Shown here piece after piece: positions 40,531 to 54,947 of a stretch of 64,000 nucleotides of DNA. How positions within the stretch are numbered: position 1 is the stretch's first letter; each line of letters starts with the position of its first letter. The notes below the pieces were generated by a model that worked only from the letters and a program-made list of their open reading frames with translations, was not told the DNA's origin and did not search any database. Source of the DNA: Octopus vulgaris (Eukaryota); assembly GCA_951406725.2 (NCBI GenBank), contig OX597822.1:34658001-34722000 (forward strand), read 5' to 3'. Position numbers and translations under genes: made by a program.

Positions 40531-41264
40531 GGATGGATAGACAGATATCAGCCAGATGTGCGTCTTTGTATATGTATATGAGTATGTATACATACATATA
40601 TACGTGTGTGTGTGTGTGTGTGTGTGTTAAGTCTGTTAATGATATTAATACCTTAAACGTATTATTCTTACCAAGCAAATATGAAAATCCTCTTGACGAG
40701 AAAGATCAATTGTTACTAAATCGTAAGTTAATATAAGAAATTTCTCATGACGAATTATGAATTAATAGATGTAATGATCAAAATCAGGTACAATGGTATC
40801 CAACGTGTTAGAAATTCGCAAAAAGGTGTAATGCACTAATACAACAAAATATCAGAAGTGAGTGGATTCAATGACAAAATTTAATATATAGCTGCATTTT
40901 ATCTCTGCAATATTAAATGAATGAATAAAAAAAAATAAGAAAAAAACCTCGCAAAATCACGTGTCACTGTGTCATTAATATTGGGTTCTAATTTTGGCAC
41001 AATGCAAGTAATTTTGGTGATGGGTTAAGTCGATTGTAAATCCTGTAGATCACTTCGTCGTTGATGAAGCAGGACACCCGAAGTATGACAGCTTAGAGGG
41101 AGAGAGGGCAACATCAGCAATGACCTTGTAATGATTTTCAGTCGAATGGACTGGGGTAATGTGAAATAACATGCTTTGTTCAAATGCATGACGCGCACGA
41201 AGTCAAAGCCTTGCAATCTTTAAATGGCCAAATCATTTGACCACACAGACAGACACACACAAAC

Positions 41265-41316
<52 letters not shown>

Positions 41317-41480
41317 CAATTAAGGATAAAATCTTAATAAGAAATCTTAACAAGAAATTATCAGGTAGTTAGCGTGAAAAACCTCATAAGAGAAAAAATC
41401 TGAAAATGTTTTCACTTGAAAACATTTGTTTATATTGTATAGAAGGCATTATTACACATAAATGCCCTTTATACAATATA

Positions 41481-41530
<50 letters not shown>

Positions 41531-42425
41531 TATATATTTATACATATATGTATGTATAGATAGATATATATATATATATAGAGAGAGGAGGCAGACAGAC
41601 ATAGACAGAGGGACAGAGAGACATACATAGATATAGATACATGTTTGTGTCTGTGTTTCTGTATGTATGCTTTTGAGCAGAAGACGATGCTCATCCAAAC
41701 TGTACAATAACAACGGCATACATTGCTATCCGCCCACTCCACTAGTACGACAATTAATCATAGCTGTATCTAGCAGGCGGATTTCGTTAAATTACGTTCA
41801 TATTTATTTCACTTTTCGGCTTCATTCTTTTTCTCTAGCCTTATCTCATGTTCAGCATTACGCTTTGTATAAGTTTTTATGGATTTCCTCTTTCATTAAT
41901 TTATCTTTCTTTTCGTACTTTCTTCTCATTTCTCCTTCAACAAATAAACCCACGCACACACGCACTCACACACATACATCCACATATATACACATAGTGT
42001 ATTGAAGAAAGCTTTTAGGCAGAATCTTTGTCACGGATCGATAAAATTTCGTGTAATTCTATACACCTACAATATTATAGATCTTTATTACGCAATAGAC
42101 ATGTCTATGGTATTAATCAAGTTTCATTCGAAACAGCTGTAGAGATAAGACTAATTCGTCATTTCTTGTTTACATGTAAATACTTTTCATTCCCTATAGA
42201 TACATACATACATACATATATATGTTTTTTTTTCGTAAACTCTCCCCTATATATATATATATATATATATATAAGTTCAGCAAAATTTAGATTCAAATGA
42301 ATATGTTACTTAAGTTAGATGCACCAGAATTTTGTATGGTGTTATCCTTATAAATCCATGGGGTGATTATAATCAAAATAAGCAACAACAATAACTACCG
42401 GAGATATTCTTGTTGCTTATTTTGA

Positions 42426-42480
<55 letters not shown>

Positions 42481-43088
42481 AATCTGCATATGCATGTATG
42501 CGTGTATACAAAAAGAAAGACATTCACTGTCACTAGCAAGTAACAATGACATAGTACTTGGTGCCATACTTTTGCTAATTCTTTAAGGTGCCTATATAGT
42601 CACAAGTATGTGTGTGTGTGTGTGTGTGAGTGTGTGCTCGTGCGTGTCTGTGTGTCTGTGAGTTTGTATCTTTGTCTGTGAGTTTGTATCTTTGTCCGTG
42701 AGTGATATTATGATATCAGTACGTTTACTCTATGCAAAACACTGTCTCCTAACGTGTATGACACTGTGTGTACTGACAGGTAAACGAATATAGGACAACA
42801 GAAGCCATTCCTTAGCCTTCGACCGGCAATCCATTCAATTCGTCTCCTTTTTTGACTCAACATCATCCTGTCTCATATTGTTTTCATCTTTCTGCTGCCA
42901 TTGTTCTTTTCCCAACCACGCATGCAGAATTACTTAGTCTCTCTAACGTTTCCTCGCTATGAGCAAGATCTCGTTCTCTAAGGGCAACCAAAACGATTTT
43001 TAGCTCAGCTCAGAAATCTCACGTAAATGGTGACTGTAACTTTCCCGACTACATACGATCTTAAATTTAGTTTACATATGTATGTGTT

Positions 43089-43146
<58 letters not shown>

Positions 43147-43639
43147 AGTGTGTGTGTGTGTGCTATCTATCTATACATACATAATATATACATGCACACA
43201 CTAACATATGTACACACACACATATACACACACTCGCAAACACACATACAAATTGGCGTTCACACACACTTAAACACATACACATACACGTGTGTTCACA
43301 CACACACGCACCCACCCACATACACACACGCATACATACTCACACACACAAACGGTCAATTGGCAGAATCTTTAGTGGGTCGGATGGATGGGTCTGCGGT
43401 AATCCATTCGTATCTCGACGCTCTGAGTTAAACTTCTGCTGCTAGTAGCTTTTCCTTTCAAACGTTCATTTCAGAGTCGATAAATAAAATACCAATAATG
43501 TTGTCTGGGAGAACTGAGAGAGATAAACTATGTCCGAAACGATAATGTGGCTGTCGATGGAATCGTTTTGATCATAAAAATTGCTTTGCATTAAGGCTCA
43601 ACTTTGGTACGAACCTAAGACGCACACCACATAAAAAAT

Positions 43640-44035
43640 AGACGTCAATAACGACGGTAGCATGACAATTTTCCCGTCCCGTGGCTGTAGATCCCTCATC
43701 TGAGATGCCACGTGCTGAGATAGTTGACACCAAGTTGCTGGTGTCAACTATCTGAGCACGTGGCTCCGCTGTTCGTCATGCTGAGAAAAGCAAACTGTTA
43801 AGGTATTGGTTGTCTCCGGCAGATTTATGGTGGAGCCTGTGGTAGGTGAAATCTACGACGTTCTTGGGCCCCAGAACATATCCTTGCTCACCACTATTGC
43901 AGCGGAGTTTGCAGCCCGCATGTGCGAGCCCTGTGAGTCAGAGTGGCTGTCCCTGTCCATCTCCCTCGCTACCCTCCGGGGCAATGTCTTTTCCATTTTG
44001 TCTGCTGGTGCCATGAGAAATATTTCTATATTGTG
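43640..44035 (+). pseudogene. CRE-clade non-LTR retrotransposon REL endonuclease remnant
   Basis: MTIFP...SLI*DATC..VDT...AEKSKLLRY...FMVEPVVGEIYDVLGP...ESEWLSLSISLATLRGNVFSIL resembles CRE motifs WDxTCxDT and SLAxQRGNA. Confidence 0.7.
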
Positions 44036-45124
44036 AGACAGAGGATAAGTTGTGTGCTATTTTATATAATTTTCCTATAAGAGCAGCAAGACAGTGACCA
44101 AAAGTTTCTATCTCAGAACGTCTCAATCTCACTATTTTCGTTCCACGAATTCCACAAGTCAAATCCCTTTTAGAACTGTTCCAGTGATATTCAAAGATTA
44201 CTGAATTGGTGTTTGTTCCTTGGGAGATTAGAACGTTAACGTAAATGCATATTTATTCCATATCTCTGCCCTTTCATTACCGGAACATTTTTGTTGGATA
44301 ATTTCATTTAATGGTTCTCTATTACACGCTCTGTGAAAGAACATCAATTTTATTAATATTTTGTTTTTTTGTTGTTGTCGATAGGGACGATCATCTGTTT
44401 CGTTAATTTTCATTTTCATTAATCGATTGAAAAAAAATTGAGTTGAATTAATCGATTTTATGCGTCGCGCTTGATTTTTAAGCACGAAATATAATGTACA
44501 CTCACATATGTTTGCTAAAATAAACAACAGATAAGCATTTGTACAGCCACGTTTTTCAAACACTTTTGGAAAATATTACAAAATATATTAGACAAAAGAA
44601 GATAAACGAACGTATGAATTAATATATTCATTCTATATATTCAATAAAAGTTAGTCTCGCCGTAATGGAGGTTCAGTAGCTATAATCCAAATTTAAAGAT
44701 GGAGAAAAATATGGCTTGTGGTGGAAGGAGTTGGGTGGAAGGAAATACAGCGTGGACACGTAGGCAATAATCGAAGAATGTAATTTTGTTTGCTTTTAGA
44801 ATATTTATGTTTTAACAAAAATCTAGAGTACATCACGTTTTCTCCAGTATGGATTGGGGAGAAATTGTCTTATACGAGTTTAAATCTAGACCCGTCCGTT
44901 GAATTAATGATAAGCAATCGAGGAATAGCGCAGAAAATATATCACATGTGATGTATGACATTGTTATATGCAAACATATTTAGTTTCACTGTGAAATAAT
45001 TTGAAGAGGAAAAGACAAAGCAGGAAACATATACATAGATAAGTAACTAGACAGACAGACAGACGTACGGACGAACAGATAGACAGAGACAGACAGACAG
45101 ACAGATAGATAGATAAATAGATAA

Positions 45125-45159
<35 letters not shown>

Positions 45160-45894
45160 TGTAGATAGAGAGATAGGTAGATAGATAGATAGATAGATAG
45201 ATAGAGGGAGAGAGAGAGAGACAGACAGACAGACAGAGCGGTGGAGAAAGAGAAAGATGGTTGTTGGGTTATTTGGAGTTTAATATAGCGAGTTAATGCA
45301 ATATGGCCTAATGGTTAAGAAGATTGCTTTGCAATTACGAGGTCCTGGGTTCGATACCAGTCATGCTGGGTGTCTTTTCAAATAGCCTTGGGCCAATCCA
45401 AAGGTTGTGAGTGAAATTAGGTAGACAGAAATTGTGCACAGAGCCTGTTGAATGGATTGTACCCGTAATGCAAAATTTCAGCTATTTTTGGCCTATTTGC
45501 ATCTACTTTAGGAACATATTACTGGTATACGCGCGCGCACATGTATGGGCGTGTGTAATGCTCTGCCACCTTCACACCGAATCAATGATTCAGTCATTCA
45601 GTTGAGCCAGCAACTGAATCCTCATCGTCGAAACTGGTGGAGATCCATTCACCTTGTTTTAAAGACATAGTATAGGAGAAAAAAAAAGTAAGTCGTGCCG
45701 AAATACCTGAAGTGATTTGCTTCATCGATCTGGAAAGTTCTGAGGGTGAAGAGGCAATGTTAACGAGCGGAAGAGTGATGTGGTTAGAGAGGGGGCTTGC
45801 AATGAAGCAAAGACTAGTAAATTGCACCAAAGAAGAGACATTTGCCACTGTATCAACATATGTCTTGAACTGATGTACGAGAAGTTTCACTATA

Positions 45895-46090
45895 TTGGTT
45901 TTAAATTTTGTCATAAGGCCAGCAATATCTGGGGAAGAGGTAAATCATTTACATCGTCCCCAGTGTATAACTGGTACTTATTTTATCAACTCCGAAAGGA
46001 TGAAAGGCAAAGTGGACATCGGCAGAATAAGAACTCAGAAAAGCTGCTAAGAATTTTACCCGGCGTGCTAAACATTCTGCCAGCTGGCCA
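45895..46090 (-). mobile_element. Degenerate SINE family B
   Basis: ccgaaaggatgaaaggcaaagt...cccggcgtgctaaacattctgccagct. Confidence 0.7.
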
Positions 46091-46197
46091 CTTAAAAAGT
46101 TTCACTGTATTGAACCTGACAAAACTGTGGAAATTTTACAAATCAGAATATCGATCTGTTACTGTAAACAAAAATAAAATAAATTAAAAGAATAAAC

Positions 46198-46585
46198 AGG
46201 TGCAACCTTGGGTGTGCGGTTAAGAAGATCGCTTTAAAATCACAGTTTCGTGGTTAGTCTCATTGTGCAGTGCCTGAGTCTAGTATCTTCTACTGTACAT
46301 CGTGCCTTGTGAGTGAATTTGGTAGTTGGAAACTGTAAAGAATCTTGGTCATATATGAGTATATATACGTACATGTGTGATTGTGTGTGTGTGTTTGAGT
46401 TTGTCCCTTGCCCACCACTTGATAACCGGTGTTGGTCTGTTACCGTCTACATCACGTAGAAGTTCGGTAAAAGAGACCGATATAATAAACGCCAGATTTG
46501 AACCAGTTAACTATTTGTACGACTGAACACTGCACAGCAAGGCAATGCCCTCTATGGCTGCAGTCCAATGACAAATGAAAGAGTC
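46198..46585 (+). mobile_element. Degenerate SINE family A
   Basis: ccttgtgagtgaatttggtagttggaaactg; gttcggtaaaagagaccgat. Confidence 0.65.
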
Positions 46586-47506
46586 ATGAATGCATCTTAA
46601 TTGTTCATTTCCTTATGCTGTAAATAATTGTCATTAGATGTGCAATCGTTTAATGTAAAATTAATTTCTTACAGACAAATAATATCGATATAAATATGCA
46701 AGGGGAATAAGATTTCGTGATGCTCATACATTTCACATGGCATTAGATCTTTAAAGACAATCGAGTTTCTTTAAGTTTGCAAACTTGATCTGAGAAAGAT
46801 TAAATATTAATCTACATTGACGTATATTTCGTTAGTTAATTTTACTATAGTTAAGTAGTCTCTTGGAAAAGTAACGTGCTAGAAAAAAATACAGAGAACA
46901 ATGTACCCGACCAGGAGAATGCCTGCAAGGAATGAAAGCGTTCTAGAATCAGAGTCATTTATCCGTCATTCTCTTAACCATAATTAAGTTAGTGTTTTCT
47001 AATATTGATATTGTTAATTTTGGTTATCAAAGGTTATCTCTGCTGGGTGGTGAATTGTCAGAAATGGTCGGCGCCAAGCTGAATTATGTGAAATTATAGC
47101 TATAATTATATATATTTCTATATTATGAAGTGAAGTTGTTGTACAGTGAACTGCCTAACCACAAAGACATGCGTGCACCTTTATGTGGGGAGGGAAAATG
47201 ATAGGGGGTCTGTATAAGTATTGTTTAGTTCCTCTATTGTCTCAAAGTCAACAGGCAAAGCATTACGCTCCCTCGATCTGAAAGAAATAGTATCGAATCT
47301 CATTCAAAATCACATTCCTGACATTTTAAAACTGGATTATGTATTTTTGCTGTAATATGTGGAGAAAATGTTTGTGATATGTTCATTGAATTTGAAGAAC
47401 GGGAGACAAAGTTATGACCTTCATTTCCTTCACAGCGAGTGTGATTAGGTACAATTCAAACGCCTACAATGAATGAGAGTTCGTGGAATCGCCTTCTCTT
47501 TCTCTC

Positions 47507-47577
<71 letters not shown>

Positions 47578-48335
47578 GAAATATGTTACAAAAAGAAAAT
47601 AGAAAATACACGTGGAAATGTAAGGGGAAAATAAGAAGAATCAACGAAAATGCACATTGTAAATAAAAAAGAAAAGGCTTTTTATAAAAGGTAACGACAG
47701 ATATATACATTTAGATGGACTGAGGTAGTATTAAAAGTCATAAAAGTCATTATTATGAGATGATTAAAGAGTCGGAAAGCATACCATGGTTTCGTCATAA
47801 GCTATTCATTACTTTGAATATATATATATATATATATATATACATACATGTATGTGAGAGTATTTGTGTTTGTGTGTGTAATATGTATATGAGTCTGAGT
47901 GTGTGCGCATGAGCGCGAGCTTCTGTGTGTGTGTGTGAACACACGCAAATCCTATTTACCGTTTCGGACTGTTATCATTCACCACGCAAAAGCAAAATGA
48001 AAAGTGGCTTTTTATAGATGATGATAAAAGTGGTCATGTAAATATATATTGTATATTTTCTACTCTCTATTGAGGAGCAAGTGCCCAAAACATTAAGCTT
48101 CCAAATCCACATGCCGATTTTATCCACCAACATTATATGGACTAGCTCTTATTTACATTAAATGTTACCGCCACAGGATCTCTCCAGCTTCTTAGGATCC
48201 CGGACCTTTATTCTAAAAAGCGCATACCCAAGTTAATATCTTTATATATCTTTCATTGTGAAGAGTATTATAGTTCTATGCTCCATATTTCTTGACTTCC
48301 TGAGAACAGAAGGATGTGACATTTCATATAACGAG

Positions 48336-48376
<41 letters not shown>

Positions 48377-49001
48377 CAGAGGAAAATAGAGAGAGAAAGA
48401 GAGATACAGAGAGGGGGCGCTAGTGAAATAAGTAGACAGTGACACAGGTGAAGAAAAAGGAGAAAAGAATAAGACGCGTAGGAAGAAATGAACATGATGA
48501 TAATGATGATGAAAAACAAGAAGATGAAAAGAATGGGAAGGAAGTGGAAAAGAAGTGGGAGAAGAAAGACGGCAAAGTAGAAAGAAGAGAACAGAAGTGG
48601 AGGAAAGAAGAAGAAGAAGAAGAAGAAGAAGAAGAAGAAGAAGAAGAAGAAGAAGAAGAAGAAGAAGATAGTGGATAAGAGGGTTCAAGGAAGAAGTTAA
48701 AAGGAGGAGAAAGGGATGGGTAGCAGAGGGAAGGAGAACAAGACAAAGAAGGGGGAAGAAATTGAGCACAAAAAGGAAGGCAAAAAAAGGAAATGGAAGG
48801 AGGAGCAGATGAAGAAGGAGAAGGAGCAGATGAAGGAGGAACTGAAAAGAAATTATCCATTATGCAATTGTAAGTCGTTTAACCTAACTCTTCGACTAGT
48901 CAAGACCATGACGTAAAATGATGGATTAGCTTCGTTTGTAAAACAGATGACAAGAATACGCTTATAATAGAGAAATATCTCATATATAAATATTATATTG
49001 A

Positions 49002-49037
<36 letters not shown>

Positions 49038-49441
49038 TGTGTGTGTGTGTATTCGAGATATGTCCAAAATGAAGACATTTTTTTTTAAACGGTGCGACAA
49101 CCAATCGCCGTAGCTTGCTCGTCCTGATGCAGTAACTGTGTACACGCCAACGTGTTCTTCAATTAAAAAAGAACCACACTATTATGTCACGTCAATCAGT
49201 AAGTCATTGATCTAGACAGACTTGTATGTACGCATGCCCAGTATGCATACGTTCATATCATGTCGTACCTACATATTGTTTCGGTCATTGGACTGCGGTC
49301 ATACTGAGACATCGCTTTGAAGAGTTACGACGACGTAAAGACAACTCAACACCGGTTTTCAAGCAAGAGGTATTGGTGCAAACACAAAAACACACATGTA
49401 AATATGTCTATCTGTCTGTCTGTATGTATGTATGTATGTAT

Positions 49442-49482
<41 letters not shown>

Positions 49483-49489
49483 AACCCGC

Positions 49490-50085
49490 AGAACGAGCTT
49501 GTTTGGATGTCAATCTCAGGACATTGCAATCAGATGACATGTATCGAGAGTGATACATTCATCTTCCCACACGACCTCACACTCAACACGGAGGCCTACA
49601 TCAAGTGCCTGGACGAGGTACCCTGGGTCAAGAGGGTAACTGGTGAAACACTCCATGTCTCGCAACATGACTTTGCACACAAACAAAAGTACTCAGTCAT
49701 GGCTGTCAGACAATTTCTGCGACCACATCACCTCTAACATCTGGCAACGTAACTCCCCAGACTGCAGCCCCTTTGATTATTATGCGTGTGGCGTAGTTGA
49801 GCGAATGACCAGCAAAACTTCTTGTAACACCAGATAACCCGAACGTAAGGATTATGGCAGCATTCACCAGCTTAAACAAAACCATCCAGAAGGGTTGCAA
49901 GTGATTCCGAAGTCGTCTGGTGGCCGTGGTTGAAGCCAATGGCGATTTTCTTGACTAAATTTCCTCTTCAGTATTTCAACATATTTTTATGTAATTTTTG
50001 TAAATGTATGTGTTAAAATGGGATGTCAGTGTTATTTTCATATTTACGTAATTTAGATGACAGTTTATTCATCTCACCTGCGTAT
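49490..50085 (+). pseudogene. Tc1/mariner (DD37D/maT-like) transposase C-terminal remnant
   Basis: LNTEAYIKCL...HTNKSTQSWLSDNF...WQRNSPDCSPFDYY (WPPNSPDLNPLDY-like)...RSRLVAVVEANGDF; frameshifted. Confidence 0.8.
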
Positions 50086-50099
50086 TTGTGGTAAATATT

Positions 50100-50858
50100 T
50101 CGTTTCTCTGAGGCAATGCTGTGGCACTGCATTGAGGGCTTTAGTCGGAGGAATCGACACCAGTTCTGAATTTTAAGTGTGGAGTATATGCTATCTTTTA
50201 CCGAAAGGCTAAGTATGTAAACAGACCAACACTGGTTGCCAAATGGTGAGGACAAACAATTATAGTCATGTGCAGCGAGCTTCCACACAGTTTCCGTTAA
50301 CCAAATTCTATCACAAAAAAGCATTGGTCGCTCCAAAGTTATAATAAAAGACATTTGCCCAAGGTGCAGCGTTGTTGGGCTGAATCCAAAACCGCGTGGT
50401 TGCAAAGCAAGCTTCTTAACCACACGGGTATTCCTGCACCTATATAGACATGACATATACATAGGCGCGGCTGTGTGGTAAGAAGCTTGCTTCCCAAGCA
50501 CATGGTTTCGGGTTCAGTTCCACTACAGGGCATCTTGGGCAAGACTCTTTTACTACAGCCTTGGTACGACCAGAATCTTGTGAGTGGATTTGGTAGACGG
50601 TAACTAAAACAAGTCAATCGTATATGTGTGTGTGTATGTGTGCGTCTTTGTGTCTGTGTTCGTCCCCTCACCACCGTTTGACAACCGGTGCTGGTGTGTT
50701 TACGTCCCCGTAACCTATTAGTTCGGCAAAAGATCCCCGATAGAACAAGTACTACGATTATGAAAAGTAAGTACTGGGGTTAATACATTCGAGTAAAAAT
50801 TCTTTAAAGCGGTGCTCCAGCATGGCTGCAGTCTAATGACTGAAACAAGTAAAAGATG
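50100..50858. mobile_element. Head-to-head pair of SINE A copies (50100-50441 minus; 50463-50858 plus)
   Basis: Both homologous to 29508-29924; heads about 20 bp apart. Confidence 0.75.
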
Positions 50859-51676
50859 CATAGACACTAATTCCTCCCATCTTGTCCTGCTAAAGTGCGT
50901 CTAAGTTTCAGAAATTAATACACACGCAACGCGATTTTTCTTTTAATCTCAATGCAGCAGATTAAAGAAACACTTGTTAATTATACTGCCGTCTCGATGT
51001 TTTTCGCATATCCTCTTTTTATTTAATTTCTGCGTGGCTCCGCAAATGATTGAGATACAAATGTATATGACATGTAGGCTGTATAGTCTTGGTCGATAGC
51101 ACGGTTTGCGTGATCCGATTTCGTTCACTGAAGTAGATTTGACTCTATATATTCGTGTAATACATCCTCGAGTGTGAGCCTGATTGACAGAAATTGCCAG
51201 TGCAGGCTGTAAAGGCTATTCCGAAGTAGGAGATTTAGAAATTAAGTTAAAGGTCAGAGCAATTAATATTAAGTTGAGCAAATTGGATAATTGAGATACA
51301 GGACGGCCTCAGTATTCTTAACTCAGCTGGAAAAGAATAGCACATAATATATAGAAATGTGTGTGTGTTTCTGCTTGTGTGTGTGTGTGTGTTTGTGTAT
51401 ATTTTACACTTGTCTCAGGCATCGGACTGCGGGCACTCTGGGTTAGCACTTACCAGAGTTTAGTCGAACAATTCAATCTCAGTATATTTCTAAATCACTG
51501 GTACTTATTCTAGCAGTCCATTCGTCTAGTGATTGGGGACAAACACAAAGATATATATATATATATATATACAAACACATCACACATCCATACGTCTATA
51601 CACTGACACACGCACATACTCCATTACATACATAGGCATACACACAGACACACACATACACATTACATACATAAAA

Positions 51677-51988
51677 GCACTCCGTCGGTTACGACGACGT
51701 GGGTCCAAGCTGATACGATCGACGGAACAGCTTGCTCGAGAAAATAACATGCAAGCGGCTGAGCACTCTACAGACACGTGTACCCTTAACATAGTTCTCA
51801 ATGTGACACAGGGTATGGCAAGGTTGGACATTTGAAATACAGGTACTACTCACTTTTGACAGCTGAGTGCACTGGAGCAGCTTGAAATAAAGTATCTTGC
51901 TCAAGGACACAACGAGTCGCCGGAAATTGAACTCATGACATTACAATCGTGAGGTGAATGCCCTAAACACCAAGCCATGCGCCTTCAC
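51677..51988 (-). mobile_element. SINE head D + tail 2
   Basis: Head gtgaaggcgcatggcttggtg; CORE-like gtccttgagcaag; tail as in 23090-23260. Confidence 0.85.
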
Positions 51989-52023
51989 ACATCACATACA
52001 TATACATACACACATATAATAAC

Positions 52024-52091
<68 letters not shown>

Positions 52092-52244
52092 GTAACAACA
52101 TCAGAATGAGACCTCGATATTAGGTAAATAAAGTACTATTTATATTTATAGCTTAAGACAATCATTAAGTTATTATAGTACTCATAGTTTCAAATGCTCA
52201 AGTGAAGAGATACGATGCATTCTCGTCGGCTATTAATGGCAATA

Positions 52245-52524
52245 AGGCACAAGTCCGGGCAATGTTGTTTATGGAAGACCAGAAGTCGCCCATGCATACC
52301 GGCCTCCCCTCTCCACGCCACCAGTGTTATCCAAGGAAAAGGCAAAGGCCGATGCAGCTTGGCACCTGTGACGTTGCAACTCATTTCTAAAGCCTAACGA
52401 ACTGGAGCAACGTGAAATAAAGGGTCTTGCTCAAGAAAACAACACGCAGTCCGGTCCGGGATTCGAACTGACAACCTCATGATCGTAAGCGCGATGCTCT
52501 AACCACTGAGCCATGCGCCTTCAC
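52245..52524 (-). mobile_element. SINE head D + tail 3
   Basis: A box TGGCTCAGTGG, B box GTTCGAATCCC; tail as in 7449-7633. Confidence 0.85.
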
Positions 52525-52536
52525 ACACACACACAC

Positions 52537-52607
<71 letters not shown>

Positions 52608-53397
52608 GTTACAGGCATACATTCACACTCCTGCATATATACGATGTATTTCCATACATTTTCCGTTAACTGAATTCCTTCCAAAGGCGTTCGTCGATGC
52701 GAGGCAATAGCCTCGCATCAACGTATTAGAGGCTTGCCCAAGGTTTTATTCAATCACGGAATTTCAAAGCGATCTTCATGACCACTAGCTATTTCTTCTC
52801 CTATGCAATTCTTGCTTTATGCTGTTCTTGTTCTACGAGTCTAAGTCTGACAATACATTTTTATGCCGATTAAATATAACAAAATGTATATATTCATACT
52901 TATTTATTAACTTCTATTTATCCTGTTCGTATCGCCACCCACACACATACAAACTTAGTGTCTCACACACACACACTCACGCACACAAACACAAACATAC
53001 GCACATATACGCATCCATACGCTTGTTGTTCTAGTGTATAGATGTCTCTGTGTGCTTGTTTAATGATGTTGATATGTGTTTACTTCTACTTCCTAAACAT
53101 TAAGTATACGTCTGTAAAATCGTCTTGAAAAAAACCCCTATTTCCAAGATTTGGAAGTGTTTACACACCGAGCCAGTATGTTCAAGACGACAACCGTGGA
53201 AAATAAGAGTCCGCTTATATATATATATCGTAGAGCGGCCATATTGTGTTACCAATTGGAAGTGTTTGGTTTATGAAATCGATCGCAGTATTTATTTTTA
53301 GTGTATATTCTATCACGCTCTTCTAGCGAACTGCAAACGAACCAAGAGAATTCAACGCTGTGTAAACGCAAAGCCGCAACTGCACACACACACACAT

Positions 53398-53432
<35 letters not shown>

Positions 53433-54624
53433 CACATACATAAATACACACAAACACACGCATAAACACACACGCACACACGTGGGTCATTCACACAGTT
53501 TATGTCTCTCAAAGTTACTGAGAAATCATGTTCGGACCGGACGCAACAATGGCGACAAAACGATGTCTTTGTGTTGAATGGTTGTCATGGCGATCAGATA
53601 ATGCCGGCCAAAAGCTTGGACAATAAAGAAATTCCAAAGGTTCGACGTAGCGGACGTGGAAGAACTGAGAGAGAAAACGCGCAGTGAGTGAGAAGATGAG
53701 AATGAGAGGCAGGTATGACAGGTGTGTTTCGATCAGGGTTGTATGCTGCAATCGAACACCAAGGAGAAATGACCGTTGAAGCAGTAGTTGTAGATGAGGA
53801 GAAATTAGAAGATAGCTCTTCTGTAGGATTGAGGTTATCGTGTGTTGGTGAGCGGCAGGGCAGGATTAAGGCCCGAAGTGGCCCTAAGCATTTTGATCTC
53901 AGGTTGCTTCGATTAGTAACGACGACCTGCAGATAGTTAGTAACCACAACGATAACTCTAACCCCCAGAGCAATAAAATGCAGTTTTGATGCCCCGCAGT
54001 GGTTTTGAACTTTCGTGACGAAAGCACTGTATATATACCGAAAGGCATTAAGATCCAATGATTCGCTATTTCTCTCATTCGACTAACGCCATCACCTCCA
54101 ACAACTGCAGCCGAACGGCCACCACCACCAATATCCTCACCACCATCACACGACCAGTAATAACAGTGTTAGCTGGCAATGATCAAATAACACTTCATTC
54201 AATAAAGTCCTTGTGTGTATTTCTGCGCAACGCGATGCTCTTCAGTACGAGATGAAATAATGAAACGACTAAAACGTATTCTGTCTTTCTGTCTGTCTGT
54301 CTGACTCCCTACCCGCCAGTGTGTCAGTCTTTGTCGATCTGAATCTCTGTCTGTTTCTTTCTCTTTCTCTCCCACGCTTTCTCTCTCTCCCTCCTTTCCT
54401 CCTGTCTTTCTGTGCGTGCGTGCCTCTTTCTCTCTATCTCCCTCTCTCTCTCTCTCTCTCTGTTTGTCTGTCTTTCTTTTTCTTTGTTTCCAGTTCTGTC
54501 TCTCTTTATCGCAAACACGCAAACGCAAAGAAAAGACTCTCGTGTGTATTCGCGTTGATTGTATTTCTGTACACGTATTTGTATTCGCCGCTCTGTCTGT
54601 CTATCTGTCAGTCTGCCTCTCTCT

Positions 54625-54671
<47 letters not shown>

Positions 54672-54947
54672 TTTCCTCTGTCCTCGCTTTCTCTTTCTTT
54701 TTCTCTCACCCACTCAATTTCTTGTCTATGAATAAATAAACACTAGTTGTTGCATTTCCGTAATCCACAATCAGAATATATATATATTATATATATATAT
54801 ATTTCTTCGTAATTATGAGTTTATTTATATACAGCACTGGGATAGATAGCAAACTACGTTATTTGTGCATATTTGTTTGTTGAAGCATTTTTTCTCATTT
54901 GACACAATTATATTTCTAGGTTCACCTCGTTTCTATATTTCTGTTGT

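Noticed and set aside
45560-45890. Mariner N-terminal remnant or ORF 45780-46187
   Set aside because: No motif; the ORF runs through an antisense SINE B
48330-48860. Glu/Lys-rich protein
   Set aside because: Purine-rich low-complexity (GA/GAA) tract
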